This document shows positions 31,745 to 32,000 of a stretch of 32,000 nucleotides of DNA, in pieces. Origin of the DNA: Desulfotruncus alcoholivorax DSM 16058 (GTDB lineage: Bacteria > Bacillota > Desulfotomaculia > Desulfotomaculales > Desulfallaceae). Position numbers and translations under genes: made by a program. The notes beneath the pieces were generated by a model, which was not told the origin of the DNA, searched no databases, and worked only from the letters and a program-made list of their open reading frames with translations. The stretch is from NCBI RefSeq assembly GCF_000430885.1, contig NZ_AUMW01000032.1:1-32000 (forward strand), given 5' to 3'. Each line of letters starts with the position of its first letter. Within the stretch, counting starts at the first letter, position 1.

Positions 31745-32000
31745 TTACCCTGCCTGTGCCTCCACCAGGGAATAGACTTTTTCCAGGGCCCCATCCAGGC
31801 CGGACGGGTCTTTTCCGCCCGCCTGGGCCATCTCCGGCCTGCCGCCGCCGCCCCCGCCGACAAGCGGGGCAATATCCTTGATCATTTTACCGGCGTGCAG
31901 TCCCCTGGATACAAGATCCTTACTGACTCCGGCCACAAGGTTGACCTTTCCGTTAACCGCTGCGCCCAGCACGATTACTCCGGAGCCCATTTTGTCCCTT
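31745..32000 (-). CDS. alaS: Alanine--tRNA ligase, C-terminal (DHHA1) end; the gene continues beyond the window
   Basis: It reads ...[68 protein letters not shown], the characteristic AlaS C-terminus. The frame is open to base 32000. Confidence 0.9.
   Translation of the reverse strand, partial: RDKMGSGVIVLGAAVNGKVNLVAGVSKDLVSRGLHAGKMIKDIAPLVGGGGGGRPEMAQAGGKDPSGLDGALEKVYSLVEAQAG

Overview
The window looks like chromosome from a moderately GC-rich, Gram-positive-type anaerobe. I infer Clostridia/Peptococcaceae-like from the Bacillus-like gene orders alaS-ireB-ruvX-DUF1292...mltG-U32-PBP and yqeG-aroE; this was not searched. Almost all genes are on the minus strand.

Reading in the direction of transcription, from high to low coordinates:
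- A housekeeping block: alaS 3' end, ireB, an aldo/keto-reductase-ferredoxin fusion, ruvX, DUF1292, VanW, mltG, a U32 peptidase and a class B PBP.
- A triple-HTH XRE regulator.
- A 56-aa ferredoxin missing from the ORF track, followed by an FmdB zinc ribbon.
- One plus-strand glutaredoxin-like gene that is intact only if an in-frame TGA at the CxxC position is read as selenocysteine.
- mobA-yqeG-aroE-aroC-aroK-aroB, running without a break into a first pilB/pilC pair.
- A promoter, a class I c-di-GMP riboswitch and a terminator, forming a leader in front of pilB-pilT-pilC-(SigB/F/G-type sigma)-pilM-pilN-pilO-(PilP-like)-(secretin N-domain protein with no beta-barrel).
- A separately transcribed pilin.
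- A decayed accessory edge: Y1-transposase remnant, MaoC pseudogene, MerR-ferredoxin-DUF4405 operon, IS4 remnant and an IS5-type end.

Three families of REP-like palindromic repeats sit in intergenic gaps. I saw no rRNA, tRNA or CRISPR.

The most interesting part is the type IV pilus locus. It combines an RNA-level c-di-GMP input, MshEN-type motifs on both PilB ATPases, an embedded sigma factor, and a PilP/PilQ-like periplasmic module that lacks the outer-membrane pore domain.

All family assignments come from reading the translations and motifs by eye. No database search was run.
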